Shown here one piece after another: positions 46,299 to 57,082 of a DNA stretch of 64,000 nt. The stretch is from NCBI GenBank assembly GCA_963820055.1, contig CAWFYJ010000005.1:153393-217392 (forward strand), read 5' to 3'. This DNA is from an uncultured Conexibacteraceae bacterium. Its GTDB lineage: Bacteria > Actinomycetota > Thermoleophilia > Solirubrobacterales > 70-9. A program made the translations under genes and the position numbers. How positions within the stretch are numbered: the stretch's first letter is position 1; every line of letters begins with the position of its first letter. A model generated the notes under the pieces. The model was not told where the DNA came from. It saw nothing but the letters and a program-made list of their open reading frames with translations, and searched no databases.

Positions 46299-46895
46299 TC
46301 AGCGCCGCGGGAGGTCGCCGATCATCGCCAGGAGCGTCCTGGCGAGCAGGTCGCGCACCTCCTCGCGGGTCGCGCGGCCGCGCTCCAGCCACTCGACCGC
46401 CGCGGCGACGGCTGCGCCCTGGAAGACGCGCAGCGCGAGCAGCAGCTCGGCGGAGGGCTCGGAGCCGCCGCCGTGGTTGCGGGCCATCCGCATCACGATT
46501 CCGTCCCGGGCCCGGCCCATGATCGCGGCGACGTCGGGGTCGCGGCCGAGGCCGCCCTGCTCGCCGAGCAGCACCGTCAGGGCCTCGTGGTTGCGCTCGA
46601 ACTCGTCGAGGAAGCGTTCGAGGTTCGCGGCCATCATCTCCTCCACGGGAAGGTCCCCCGGGTCGGTGGAGATGATCTCGGGGAGGCCGTCGGCGAGGTC
46701 GCCGACGACGGCTAGGTAGAGGTCACGCTTCGTCCCGAAGTAGTGGTTGACGAGCCCGGTCGTGACGCCCGCCCTCGCCGCGACCGCCTCCATCGATGCG
46801 TTGGCGTAGTCCTCGGCGACGAACACCTCGCGGGCCGCGGTGAGGATCTGCTCCCGGCGCACACCGGGATCGAGGCGCGTTCGCGGGCCTGCCAT
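46299..46895 (-). CDS. TetR/AcrR family transcriptional regulator
   Basis: HTH REQILTAAREVFVAEDYANASMEAVAARAGVTTGLVNHYF. The start MAGPRTRL at 46895 is preferred, since the longer ORF would overlap the divergent gene. Confidence 0.88.
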   Translation of the reverse strand: MAGPRTRLDPGVRREQILTAAREVFVAEDYANASMEAVAARAGVTTGLVNHYFGTKRDLYLAVVGDLADGLPEIISTDPGDLPVEEMMAANLERFLDEFERNHEALTVLLGEQGGLGRDPDVAAIMGRARDGIVMRMARNHGGGSEPSAELLLALRVFQGAAVAAAVEWLERGRATREEVRDLLARTLLAMIGDLPRR

Positions 46896-46923
46896 CGGCG
46901 CCAGCATACCCCCGGGGAGGCGG

Positions 46924-46942
46924 TATTGATGACCATTCAATA
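46924..46942. promoter_or_regulatory. inverted repeat TATTGA-N7-TCAATA, candidate TetR operator
   Basis: It lies in the TetR / oxidoreductase divergent intergenic region and is AT-rich relative to its surroundings. Confidence 0.4.
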
Positions 46943-47013
46943 GGGGTCGCCGGGCGGCCGCGGCCGCCGACCTGAGAGTCTGGTCAACGCAGATCCGAAC
47001 TGAGGAGGCCGAA

Positions 47014-48027
47014 GTGTCCGAGAGCAACCGCCGTTACCTGCTGCGTGAGCGCCCCCAGGGCCGCGTCGACGCGGACACCTTCGAGCTCGTCACCGAGCCG
47101 GTGCCGGAGATCGGAGACGGCGAGGCCCTCGTCCGCACCGAGTACGTCTCCGTCGACCCGACGAACCGCGGCTGGCTCAACGACACGCCGACGTACCTGC
47201 CTCCGGTGGCGATCGGCGAGGTCATCCGCGCCGGCGGGATCGGCCGGATCGTCGCCTCGAACAACCCGAACTACACCGAGGGCCAGCTCGTCCAGGGCTT
47301 CACCGGCTGGCAGGAGTGGCTCGTCGCCTCCGACGAGGCGCCGCTGCTGCCCGTGGACGAGATCCCCGGGGTCGAATCCCCGAGCGCCTACCTCGGCGTG
47401 CTTGGGATGACGGGCCTGACCGCCTGGGTCGGGATCCGCGACATCGCGAAGCCGCAGGAGGGGGAGACGGTCGTCGTCTCCGCCGCGGCCGGGGCCGTCG
47501 GCTCGGTGGCCGGCCAGATCGCCAAGGCGGACGGCGCCCGCGTCGTCGGCATCGCCGGCGGGCCGGAGAAGTGCGCGATCCTCACCGACCGGCTCGGCTT
47601 CGATGCCGCCGTCGACTACAAGGCCGACGGTTGGCAGAAGGCGCTGGCCGACGCGACCCCGGACGGCATCGACGTCGATTTCGAGAACGTCGGCGGCGAG
47701 ATCATGGAGGTCGTCTTCGCGCGGATCAACATCCGCGCCCGGATCGCCCTCTGCGGCCTCATCTCGGGCTACAACTCCGACGATCCGCCCCCCGGACCGC
47801 GCAGCTTCGGCAACCTGCTGATCAAGCGGGCCAAGCTTCAGGGCTTCATCGTCCTCGACCACTTCGGCCAGGCGGCCGAGGCCGGCAGGGACATCGGCGA
47901 GCTGATCACGAGCGGCAAGCTCGAGGCGCTCGAGACCGTCGTCGACGGCTTCGAGAAGCTCCCCGACGCCCTCAACATGCTGTTCGACGGCGCCAACACC
48001 GGCAAGCTCTCGGTGAAGATCGCCTGA
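47014..48027 (+). CDS. NADP-dependent oxidoreductase (MDR; alkenal/one reductase, YncB/CurA-like)
   Basis: GTG after GAGGAGG. VSAAAGAVGSVAGQIAK Rossmann motif. Confidence 0.88.
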   Translation: MSESNRRYLLRERPQGRVDADTFELVTEPVPEIGDGEALVRTEYVSVDPTNRGWLNDTPTYLPPVAIGEVIRAGGIGRIVASNNPNYTEGQLVQGFTGWQEWLVASDEAPLLPVDEIPGVESPSAYLGVLGMTGLTAWVGIRDIAKPQEGETVVVSAAAGAVGSVAGQIAKADGARVVGIAGGPEKCAILTDRLGFDAAVDYKADGWQKALADATPDGIDVDFENVGGEIMEVVFARINIRARIALCGLISGYNSDDPPPGPRSFGNLLIKRAKLQGFIVLDHFGQAAEAGRDIGELITSGKLEALETVVDGFEKLPDALNMLFDGANTGKLSVKIA

Positions 48028-48163
48028 GGCCGGTTCCTCGCTCACGGCCGCCTTCCTCGCGGGCTTCGCGGACCCGACTTCTGTAGCGTCCCCCGCGGTG
48101 CGCCGGGAAGGCTGGTCGGCAACACGTTTTGCCGACCCCTGATCCAATCCCCGCACCCGCGCA

Positions 48164-49427
48164 GTGGCTCTAGCCGTTGCAACGTTCCTGATCGTGCTGG
48201 CGCTGATCGCCAGCGAGCGCCTGCACCGGACGAAGGTGGCGCTGCTCGGCGCCGCAATCGTCGTTCTCTTCGTCCCCGGCTTCGGTCAGGAGACGGCGAT
48301 CGAGTCGGTCGACTTCAACACGATCGGGCTGCTCGCGGGGATGATGATCCTCGTCTACCTGACCCAGCAGACGGGGATCTACGACTACATCGCGATTCGC
48401 GCCGGACAGTTCTCGCGAGGCGAGCCGCTGCGCGTCGTCCTCAGCCTCGCCTGCACGACGGCGCTGCTCTCGGCGTTTCTCGACAACCTGACGACCGTCC
48501 TGCTGGTCGTACCGATCACGTTCCTGCTCGCCGACGCGCTGGACATCGACCCGATCCCGCTGATCGTCATCGAGGTGATGGCGTCGAACATCGGCGGCAC
48601 CGCGACCCTGATCGGCGATCCGCCGAACATAATCATCGCCGGGGCGACGGGCCTCACGTTCAACGAGTTCATCGTCAACCTCGCGCCGATCGTGGTCGTC
48701 ACGTTCGCCGTCGTCGATCGCCGGGCTGTATTTCTATTACCGGCGGCAGCTTCAGGTCGAGGAGAAGAATCGCGTTCTGGTGATGGAGCTCGATGCCGCC
48801 GCATCGATCCGCGATTCCGAGGAGCTGCGGCGGACGGTGCCCGTCCTCGTCCTGACGGTCCTCGCGTTCTTCATCCACCAGCCGCTCGGCATCGAGCCGG
48901 CGACCGTCGCGCTCACCGGAGCTGCGGTCGGCCTGCTCGTCACCCGGATCCCCCTCGAGCAGGCGCTGGCGAAGATCGAGTGGCCGACCCTCTTTTTCTT
49001 CGTCGCGCTGTTCGTGATGGTCGGGGCGCTCGAGGCGACGGGCGCGATCGGGCACGTCGCCGACGCCGTCAAGAGCCTGACCGGCGGCGACCGCACCGCG
49101 GAGCTCTTCGGCGTGCTCTGGATCGGCGGCATCGGGTCCGCCGTCGTCGACAACATCCCCTTCACGACGGCGATGATCCCCGTCGTCCGCGAGCTCAACG
49201 TCTCGGGCACCGACGACGCCTATTGGTGGGCGCTCGCGCTCGGTGCCTGCTTCGGGGGCAATGCGACGATCATCGCCGCCGCCGCGAACGTCGCCGCGGC
49301 CGGTCTGACCGAACGCGCCGGACGGCCGATCGGATTCGTCACGTTCCTGCGGGTCGGGGTTCCCGTGACCGTGACCTCGATGCTGATCGCGACCGCCTAT
49401 GTGATGCTCCGCTACGTGGTGGTATAG
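48164..49427 (+). pseudogene. ArsB/NhaD (SLC13-like) permease family transporter, frame broken once
   Basis: The N-terminal half is in the frame of ORF 48164, up to ...APIVVVTFAVV. Skipping base 48716 continues as IAGLYFYYRRQLQVEEKNRVLVMELD..., in the frame of ORF 48780..49427. Confidence 0.8.
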
Positions 49428-49435
49428 AGAGACTC

Positions 49436-49900
49436 ATGACGAACTCGATCGCCCAATCCGTGATCCGCGAGGTGGAGCCGCTCGGCGCCGACGACCTGAT
49501 CGGCGACGCCTCCCGGCGCGTCCTCGAGAGCGGCCTGCCGGCGCTTCCCGCCGTCGAGGACGACGGCAGGTTCGCCGGGATCTTCGGCGAGCGCGAGTTC
49601 ATGCAGGCGCTGTTTCCGGGGTACATCGGCGAGCTCGCCTCGGCGGCGATGGTCAAGCGGTCGATCGACGACACGATCGAACGCCGCCTCACCTGCCGCC
49701 TCGAGCCGATCCGCGCGTACATGACGGTCGATCACGTCAACGTCGAGGACGACTACTCGGACACCCAGCTCGCCGAGATCTTCCTGCACCATCGGGTCCT
49801 CGTCGTCCCGGTGTCCAGCGGCGGACGGGTTCACGCCGTGATCACCCGCGCCGACTTCTTCGCCGAGCTCGTCGGCAAGTTCGAGGCGGCATCGGGCTGA
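49436..49900 (+). CDS. CBS domain-containing protein
   Basis: Two CBS-like repeats (LPALPAVEDDGRFAGIF ... HHRVLVVPVSSGGRVHAVIT). It lies immediately downstream of the permease. Confidence 0.8.
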   Translation: MTNSIAQSVIREVEPLGADDLIGDASRRVLESGLPALPAVEDDGRFAGIFGEREFMQALFPGYIGELASAAMVKRSIDDTIERRLTCRLEPIRAYMTVDHVNVEDDYSDTQLAEIFLHHRVLVVPVSSGGRVHAVITRADFFAELVGKFEAASG

Positions 49901-50053
49901 GCTCGCCGCCGCCGGCCCGGACTGCCCGTCGGCGGTCCGACCCGAGTGCTATCAACCTTGGTTCGCGACCCGAAGATTGGGAAGCGGAGCGATGAGTTTC
50001 ATCCTCCCGCCGGGTCTCCAGGCGACAGGGGTAACGACGATGCAAGGAGCTGC

Positions 50054-51059
50054 ATGACTGAAGCAAGTACCGAGCGACCCGCGATTTCCGTGCGCGGGCT
50101 GAAGAAGTCCTACGGGGACGTCAAGGCGCTCGACGGCGTCGACCTCGAGGCGGAGCGCGGCACCGTGCTCGGCGTACTCGGTCCGAACGGCGCCGGGAAG
50201 ACGACCGCCGTCCGCGTCCTCGCGACGCTGTTGAAGCCCGATGCCGGAACGGCGCGAGGTGATCGGCCTCGACGTCGTCGCCGACGCGCCGGCGCTGCGC
50301 GCGCAGATCGGCCTCGCCGGCCAGTATGCGGCCGTCGACGAGAACCTGACCGGGGTCGAGAACCTGGTCATGGTCGGGCGCCTTTACGGCAACCGCCGGA
50401 GCGACGCCAAGGTGCGCGCCGCTGAACTGCTCGACCGGTTCAGTCTCGCCGACGCCGGCGACCGGATCGTCAAGACCTACTCGGGCGGCATGCGCCGGCG
50501 ACTCGATCTCGCCGCAGCGCTCGTCGCCCATCCGCCGGTCCTGTTCCTCGACGAGCCGACGACGGGCCTCGACCCGCGCAGCCGACTCGAACTCTGGGAG
50601 ACGATCGAGGGGCTCGTCGCCGACGGCACCACCGTGCTGCTGACCACCCAGTACCTCGACGAGGCCGACCGCCTCGCCGATCGGATCGCGGTGATCGATC
50701 GCGGCAAGGTCATCGCCGACGGCACCGCCGACGAGCTCAAGGCGAAGGTCGGGGGGCTCCGCGTGGAGGTCCACGTGACCGACGGGTCGAATGCCGCGCA
50801 GGCTGCGGAGGCGCTGGCCCCGATGTCCGACGATGCGCCGCTCGTCGAGGGCACGAAGGTGAGCGTCACCGTCCGGCAGGAGACCGGCACGATCATGGAG
50901 GCCGCCCGCCGGCTCGATCAGGCCGGCATCGACGCCGACGACGTCGCCGTCCGCAGGCCGACCCTCGACGACGTGTTCCTGACCCTCACCGGCCGGGAGC
51001 TCAGCACTGAAGAAGCCGCCGGCGACGCGTCGGCCGACCATGAGGAGGTGGCGGCATGA
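50054..51059 (+). pseudogene. ABC transporter ATP-binding protein (DrrA / daunorubicin-resistance type), frame broken once
   Basis: AAGGAG then ATG at 50054. Walker [10 protein letters not shown] ... LLKPDAGTA. Skipping base 50255 continues as [29 protein letters not shown]..., then signature YSGGMRRR and Walker B LFLDEPTTGLD. Confidence 0.82.
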
Positions 51060-51820
51060 CCCGCTTCGTACCCGACACGCTCGTCCTCGCCGAACGCAAC
51101 CTCGTCCGGCTGCCGCGCTCGCCCGACCTGCTGATCGGATTCACGATCCAGCCGGTTATGTTCGTCCTGCTGTTCGCGTTCGTATTCGGCGGCGCGATCT
51201 CGACGCCGGGGTTCTCCTACATCGACTTCCTGATCCCCGGGATCATCGTCCAGAACACCGCCTTCGGCGGCTTCGTCACCGCCCTCGGTCTCTCCGAGGA
51301 CCTGACGAAGGGTCTAATCGACCGGTTCCGCTCGCTGCCGACCTCGCGGGCCTCGGTCCTCGCCGGCCGCACGCTCGCGGACGTCGTGACGAACTCCCTC
51401 TCGGTGATCGTCCTGGTCGCGACCGGCCTGATCATCGGGTTCTCGTTCGGCACCGGCATCGGCGAGATCATCGCCGGCTTCGCGCTGATGATCCTCTTCG
51501 GCTACGCGTTCTCGTGGATCTTCGCGGTGATCGGGATGTCGGTCTCCTCACCAGAGGCGGCCAACGGCATCGGCTTCACCCTGATCTTCCCGATCACGTT
51601 CATCTCGTCGGCCTTCGTCCCGGTCGACACGATGCCGGCCGGGCTCCAGTGGTTCGCCGAGAAGAACCCGATCACGATCGTCGTCGACGCCATGCGCGCT
51701 CTCTGGCTCGGTACCCCCGCCGGCAACAACATCTGGGGCGCCGTCGTCTGGTGCCTGGTCCTGATCGCGATCTTCGCGCCCCTGGCGGTCCACAAGTACC
51801 GCCGCATCGCCGGCGGCTGA
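51056..51820 (+). CDS. ABC-2 type transporter permease (DrrB-like)
   Basis: Six TM helices. The 4-nt overlap with the ATPase gene is a typical ABC-2 arrangement. Confidence 0.85.
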   Translation: MTRFVPDTLVLAERNLVRLPRSPDLLIGFTIQPVMFVLLFAFVFGGAISTPGFSYIDFLIPGIIVQNTAFGGFVTALGLSEDLTKGLIDRFRSLPTSRASVLAGRTLADVVTNSLSVIVLVATGLIIGFSFGTGIGEIIAGFALMILFGYAFSWIFAVIGMSVSSPEAANGIGFTLIFPITFISSAFVPVDTMPAGLQWFAEKNPITIVVDAMRALWLGTPAGNNIWGAVVWCLVLIAIFAPLAVHKYRRIAGG

Positions 51821-51880
51821 GAAGGGAACTGAGGAAAGGGGCTGGGACGGGGAAGAGGGAGCACCTCCTCACCCGGCCCC

Positions 51881-52150
51881 TCAAAGGCAATCCGGTGACC
51901 ACAGTGGTCACCGGTTTGCAATTCGCGGCCTGACTCAGGGGCCGAACTGCACGAATTCGGCCCCTCACAGAGCCCAAATTCGCCATTCACCCCGCGACTC
52001 AGCCCCTCAATGGCAATCTGACATGCCCCAGCGTGTACAGATCGCCATTCGCCCCCCGTCCCAGCCCGTCCCACCCGCACCCAGCCCGCCCACTCCCCCT
52101 CCCAGCCCAAACCCACTCCCGCCCAACGCAGGCGCCCTCAACCTCGGCCT
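51881..52150. repeat. structured intergenic repeat element, copy A (hairpin modules plus C-rich tail)
   Basis: A 33-nt near-palindrome lies at 51887-51919. A hairpin module lies at 52007-52052 (AATGGCAAT ... ATCGCCATT). Segment 51973-52052 matches 57180-57259 at 69/80 positions by hand alignment. The tail shares CACCCGCACCCAGCC, CCCAGCCCAAACC and CAACCTCGGCC with copy B. Confidence 0.8.
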
Positions 52151-52299
52151 AGCCCCTCGGCCTGGCCCTCGGCCCAACCTGCCACCTGAGTACCGCGCCG
52201 GTCCCGCCCCGTAGTGCGCACGGATTCCCGCCTCGGACCCTGGACGTACGTTGGTTCCCGTCCAGCCATCAGGCCCGGAGGGGGCCGGAGGGAGTTCGC

Positions 52300-53898
52300 A
52301 TGTCCGACGATCCGACCGACGAGGGCACCGAGGAGCCTGCCGCTGAGGAGCCCCCCGAGGCCGTCCCCGAGAACAAGCCGAAGCGGTTCCCGACCGCGTT
52401 CACGGTCCTGGCGATCGTCCTGCTGTTCGTCTGGCTCGCCTCGTTCATCATCCCGGCCGGCAAGTACGAGCTCGATCCGAAGACGGGCGGCCCAGTGCCC
52501 GGCTCCTACACGGAGCTTGCGTCGTGCGACTCGACCGGCGGCAAGCAGCCCTGCTCCGATCACTCGCTCCTGCACCAGTTCAGCAACCTCTGGGCCGCTC
52601 CGACGGACGGCCTCTACGGGATCGAGAACGACCACGGCCTCGTCTCGGTCGACAATCGCGGCTACCTCTACGGCGCCGCCCAGATCTTCCTGTTCGTCCT
52701 CGCGATCGGCGCCTTCATCAGCGTGACGATGAAGACCGGCGCCATCCAGCAGGGCATCGGCCGCCTGGCGCTGCGCTTCAAGGACCGGCCCCAGGCGCTG
52801 ATCATCGTGATCATGCTCGTCTTCGCCCTCGGCGGCACGACCGAGGGGATGTGGGAGGAGACGCTCGGGTTCTTCGCATTACTTGTGCCCCTTGCGCTCG
52901 CGCTCGGTTACGACCGGATGACGGGCGCCGCGATGATCTTCTTCGGTGCCGGCACCGGCGTGCTCGCGTCGACCGTCAACCCGTTCGCGACCGGTGTCGC
53001 CTCCGACGCCGCCGGAATCGAGATCGGCGACGGCATCGGTCTCCGGGTCGCGATGTGGGTCGTCCTCGTCACCGTCGGGATCCTCTACGTGCTCCGATAC
53101 GCCCGCCGAGTCAAGGCCGACAACTCGAAGTCGGTTATGGGTCTCGAGGGGATGACGAGCGGCGGCCTGCGGATGGCCGACGAGGTGGTCGGCGAAGTCA
53201 AGCCGCTCGACGGCCGCCAGAAGCTGATCCTGACCCTGTTCTTCGGCGCCTTCGCGGTGATGATCTACGGGTTCGTCCCGTGGGCCGACATCTGGGACAC
53301 GATCTTCGGCGCCGACTGGCCGCTGCCGCTCTTCAACTCCTTCTACTTCGCCCAGGCGACGGTGCTCTTCCTGGTCGTCTCGGTCGTCATCGGACTGATC
53401 TACAGGCTCGGTGAGAAGGGGACGGTCGACGCGATCATCATGGGCGCCGGCGAGTTCCTCGGGGCGGCACTGATAATCGTTCTCGCCCGCGCCGTCACGG
53501 TGGTGATGAAGAACTCCTACATCACCGACACGCTCCTGCACTGGACCGAGAATGCGGTCACGAGCCTGAGCGGCGGGGTGTTCGCCTCGGTGGCGATCCT
53601 CGTCAACTTGCCGATCGCGTTCCTCGTCCCGTCGTCGTCGGGCCACGCGGCCCTGGTGATGCCGATCCTCGGGCCGCTCGCGGACTTCGCCGACGTGCCG
53701 AGGTCGCTGTCGGTGACCGCGTACCAAACGGCCTCCGGCCTGGTCAACCTGATCACTCCCACCTCGGTGGTGATCATGGGCGGCCTGACGCTGGCGCGGA
53801 TCGGCTACGACCGTTACCTGCGGTTCGCAATCCCGTACTTCCTGATCCTGCTGGTCCTGAGCATGGCGTTCATGTTCATCGGCAGCGCGATCGGCTGA
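52300..53898 (+). CDS. YfcC/DcuC-like (ion-transporter superfamily) carrier; putative arginine/ornithine antiporter of the arc cluster
   Basis: 532 aa with FPTAFTVLAIVLLFVWLASFIIPAGKYE, a typical YfcC N-terminus. GGAGGGAG lies upstream. It is directly followed by arcA, OTC and arcC. Confidence 0.82.
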   Translation: MSDDPTDEGTEEPAAEEPPEAVPENKPKRFPTAFTVLAIVLLFVWLASFIIPAGKYELDPKTGGPVPGSYTELASCDSTGGKQPCSDHSLLHQFSNLWAAPTDGLYGIENDHGLVSVDNRGYLYGAAQIFLFVLAIGAFISVTMKTGAIQQGIGRLALRFKDRPQALIIVIMLVFALGGTTEGMWEETLGFFALLVPLALALGYDRMTGAAMIFFGAGTGVLASTVNPFATGVASDAAGIEIGDGIGLRVAMWVVLVTVGILYVLRYARRVKADNSKSVMGLEGMTSGGLRMADEVVGEVKPLDGRQKLILTLFFGAFAVMIYGFVPWADIWDTIFGADWPLPLFNSFYFAQATVLFLVVSVVIGLIYRLGEKGTVDAIIMGAGEFLGAALIIVLARAVTVVMKNSYITDTLLHWTENAVTSLSGGVFASVAILVNLPIAFLVPSSSGHAALVMPILGPLADFADVPRSLSVTAYQTASGLVNLITPTSVVIMGGLTLARIGYDRYLRFAIPYFLILLVLSMAFMFIGSAIG

Positions 53899-53913
53899 GC
53901 GAAGGAGACGAAG

Positions 53914-55143
53914 ATGTCATTCAGTGTCGATTCCGAGGTCGGGAAGCTCCGGAAGGTCATCGTTCACCGGCCCGGTCTCGAGCATCGCCGGCTGACGCCG
54001 GCGAACGCCGATGAGCTCCTGTTCGACGACGTCATCTGGGTCCAGAAGGCGAAGATCGAGCACGCGGCGTTCGTCCAGGCGATGACGGCGCGTGGCATCG
54101 AGGTCTTCGACGCCGAGGACCTCCTCGCCGAGGTCCTCGAGGTCGCCGCCGGCAAGGATTGGTTGCTCGACCAGGTTCTGCACGAGCGTCAGGTCGGCCA
54201 GTACCTCGCCGGGAGCGGCCGGGAGTGGGCGGCGTCCGCCTCGGCGAAGGAGGTCGCCGACTATCTGATCGGCGGGATGACGAAGGAGGAGATCGAGGAG
54301 GGGAAGGGTCTGTTCTATGGCTCGTCAGGGCCGATGGACATGGTCCTGCCACCGCTCGCCAACTTCATGTTCCAGCGCGATCCGTCGTCGTGGATCTACG
54401 GCGGGGTGACGATCAACCCGATGACGAAGCCGGCGCGCCGGCCGGAGACGGCGATCATGGAGGCGATCTACCGCTTCCACCCGATGTTCGCCGCCGAAGG
54501 CGGCACGGACGTCTGGTTCGGCGGGGTGGAGGAGGACTGGGGCCGTTGCACGATCGAGGGCGGCGACGTCGAGACGATCGGCAACGGCGCGGTGATGATC
54601 GGCATGGGTGAACGAACGACGCCGCAGTCGGTTGGGATCCTCGCCCGGAACCTCTTCGCTGCCGGCGCGGCGACGCTGGTGCTCGCCGTGAAGCTCCCGC
54701 CGTCCCGCTCCTACATGCACCTCGACACGGTGATGACGATGGTCGATCGCGACACCATCACCCTCTATCCGTCGGTCGTCAACGACGACGTCCGGATCTG
54801 GTCGCTGCGCCCCGGCGACGAGCCCGGCCCGCTGCCGGTCGTCGAGCCGTTCGCCGGCAACGTCGTCGACGCGCTCGAGTACGCGCTCGGTATCGACGGG
54901 ATCCAGGTAATTCCAACCGGCGGGGACACCGCCGAGATGGCCCGCGAGCAGTGGGACGACGGCAACAACGTCGTCTGTCTCGAGCCCGGCGTCGTCGTCG
55001 CCTACGAGCGCAACGTCGACACGAACACCCGCCTGCGGAAGGCGGGCATCGAGGTGATCACGATCGACGGCTCCGAGCTCGGCCGGGGCCGCGGCGGATC
55101 GCACTGCATGACCTGCCCGATCGAGCGCGATCCGGCCTACTGA
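53914..55143 (+). CDS. arcA: arginine deiminase
   Basis: [39 protein letters not shown], and catalytic [13 protein letters not shown]. Confidence 0.95.
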   Translation: MSFSVDSEVGKLRKVIVHRPGLEHRRLTPANADELLFDDVIWVQKAKIEHAAFVQAMTARGIEVFDAEDLLAEVLEVAAGKDWLLDQVLHERQVGQYLAGSGREWAASASAKEVADYLIGGMTKEEIEEGKGLFYGSSGPMDMVLPPLANFMFQRDPSSWIYGGVTINPMTKPARRPETAIMEAIYRFHPMFAAEGGTDVWFGGVEEDWGRCTIEGGDVETIGNGAVMIGMGERTTPQSVGILARNLFAAGAATLVLAVKLPPSRSYMHLDTVMTMVDRDTITLYPSVVNDDVRIWSLRPGDEPGPLPVVEPFAGNVVDALEYALGIDGIQVIPTGGDTAEMAREQWDDGNNVVCLEPGVVVAYERNVDTNTRLRKAGIEVITIDGSELGRGRGGSHCMTCPIERDPAY

Positions 55144-55175
55144 GCAACTGATGAACTGAGGAGCTGAGAGCTGAG

Positions 55176-56171
55176 ATGTACAACCTGCGAAACCGGAGCT
55201 TCCTGAAGGAGATCGACTTCAGTCGAGAGGAACTACTCCACCTCCTCGCGCTCTCCGAGGCCCTGAAGGTCGCCAAGTACGCGGGCAACGAGGAGCCGCG
55301 CCTGCGCGGCAAGGACATTGCGCTGATCTTCGAGAAGACTTCGACCCGGACCCGCTGCGCGTTCGAGGTCGCCGCCTTCGACCAGGGCGCCCACGTCACC
55401 TACCTCGACCCGACCGGGTCGCAGATGGGCCACAAGGAGTCGATCGCCGACACCGCATCGGTCCTCGGCCGCATGTTCGACGGGATCGAGTACCGCGGCT
55501 CCGGCCAGGAGAACGTCGAGGAGCTCGCCCGTCACGCCGGCGTCCCGGTCTACAACGGCCTCACGAACGAATGGCACCCGACGCAGATGCTCGCCGACTT
55601 CCTGACGATGCGCGAGCACAGCGGCAAGCCGTACGACGAGATCGCCTACACGTTCGTCGGCGACGGCCGCTACAACATGGGCCGCTCGTTGCTCGTCACC
55701 GGCGCGATCCTCGGCTCCGACGTCCGCATCGTCACGCCGCCCGGCCTGCGCCCGCCCGACGACGTCGTCGCCACGGCCGAGGATCTCGCCGCCGCCTCCG
55801 GCGCCCGGATCACGCTCACCGATGACATCGGCGCCGTCAGCGGATCGGACTTCGTCCACACGGACGTCTGGGTGTCGATGGGGGAGCCGAAGGACGTCTG
55901 GGCCGAGCGCGCGAAGGTCCTCGAGTCCTTCCAGGTCAACTCGGCGCTCCTGGCTGCGACCGGCAACCCGAAGGTGAAGTTCATGCACTGCCTGCCCGCC
56001 TTCCACGACGACACGACCACCCTCGGCGCCGAGATCGCCGCCGCCACCGGCATGCACGACGGCCTCGAGGTGACCGACGAGGTCTTCCAGTCGCCCGCCA
56101 GCATCGTCTTCGACCAGGCCGAGAACCGCCTCCACACGATCAAGGCCGTCCTCGTCGCGACGCTCGGATGA
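55176..56171 (+). CDS. argF: ornithine carbamoyltransferase (catabolic by context)
   Basis: [22 protein letters not shown] motifs. Confidence 0.95.
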   Translation: MYNLRNRSFLKEIDFSREELLHLLALSEALKVAKYAGNEEPRLRGKDIALIFEKTSTRTRCAFEVAAFDQGAHVTYLDPTGSQMGHKESIADTASVLGRMFDGIEYRGSGQENVEELARHAGVPVYNGLTNEWHPTQMLADFLTMREHSGKPYDEIAYTFVGDGRYNMGRSLLVTGAILGSDVRIVTPPGLRPPDDVVATAEDLAAASGARITLTDDIGAVSGSDFVHTDVWVSMGEPKDVWAERAKVLESFQVNSALLAATGNPKVKFMHCLPAFHDDTTTLGAEIAAATGMHDGLEVTDEVFQSPASIVFDQAENRLHTIKAVLVATLG

Positions 56172-57082
56172 CGGCGCCCAGCCCGCTCGCGGTCGTCGCC
56201 CTCGGCGGCAACGCCCTGCTGCGCCGCGGGGAGGAGTCCAGTGCCGCCAACCAGCACGACGCCGCCCGTGCCGCCGCGCGGGTGCTCGGCCCGGTCTCGG
56301 AGCGCACCCGTCTCGTCGTCACCCACGGCAACGGCCCCCAGGTCGGCCTCCTCGCCCTCAAAGAGGACGCCTACGCCGAGGGCGCGCCCTACCCGCTCGA
56401 CGTCCTCGACGCCGAGAGCGGCGGCCAGATCGGCTACGTGATCGAGCTCGAGCTCGACAACGTCGTCGACCACCAGGACACCGTCGCAGTCATCACCCGC
56501 GTCCTCGTCGACGCCGACGACCCGGCCTTCCACGATCCCTCCAAGTTCATCGGTCCCGTCTACATGGAGCACCGCGCCCACGAGCTCGCCGACGAGCGCG
56601 GCTGGACCATCAAACCCGACGGCGACATGTGGCGCCGCGTCGTCCCCTCGCCCGAACCCCGCGAGATCGTCCAGCTCCACGCCATCCAGCAGCTCGTCGA
56701 ATCCGGCTTTCTCGTCGTCTGCGTCGGCGGCGGCGGCGTCCCCGTCATCGCCACCCCCGAAGGCCACGAGGGCGTCGAGGCCGTCATCGACAAGGACCTC
56801 GCCAGCTCCCTCCTCGCCGTCGGCCTCGGCGCCGACCTCCTGGTCCTCGCCACCGACGTCGAAGCCGTCTACCTCGACTGGGGCACGCCCACCCAGCGCG
56901 CCATCGGCACCGCCAACCCCGCCGAGCTCCGCGCCCACACCTTCCCCGGTGGCTCCATGGGCCCGAAGGTCGAGGCCATCTGCCGCTTCGTCGAAGCAAC
57001 CGGCGGCCGTGGCGCCATCGGCTCCCTCGACGACATCGCCGCGATCATCGACGGCACCGCCGGCACCCAGGTCACGCCCTGA
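56168..57082 (+). CDS. arcC: carbamate kinase
   Basis: [10 protein letters not shown] and [11 protein letters not shown]. 4-nt overlap with the OTC gene. Confidence 0.93.
   Translation: MTAPSPLAVVALGGNALLRRGEESSAANQHDAARAAARVLGPVSERTRLVVTHGNGPQVGLLALKEDAYAEGAPYPLDVLDAESGGQIGYVIELELDNVVDHQDTVAVITRVLVDADDPAFHDPSKFIGPVYMEHRAHELADERGWTIKPDGDMWRRVVPSPEPREIVQLHAIQQLVESGFLVVCVGGGGVPVIATPEGHEGVEAVIDKDLASSLLAVGLGADLLVLATDVEAVYLDWGTPTQRAIGTANPAELRAHTFPGGSMGPKVEAICRFVEATGGRGAIGSLDDIAAIIDGTAGTQVTP

Noticed and set aside
48164-49900. A single 578-aa protein, as listed in the ORF track.
   Set aside because: It is a chimera of a permease N-terminal half, an out-of-frame Arg-rich stretch, and a separate CBS-domain gene that happens to share the frame.
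52023-52214. ORFs 52023..52214 and 57230..57418 both start MPQ.V.IAIR, and minus-strand ORFs share AGAC.IAIEGLSR.NGEFG. These might be a small-protein family.
   Set aside because: The similarity is confined to the hairpin-module DNA. After it the two copies diverge with indels that break any common frame, and both strands appear conserved, as expected for a structured DNA/RNA repeat.
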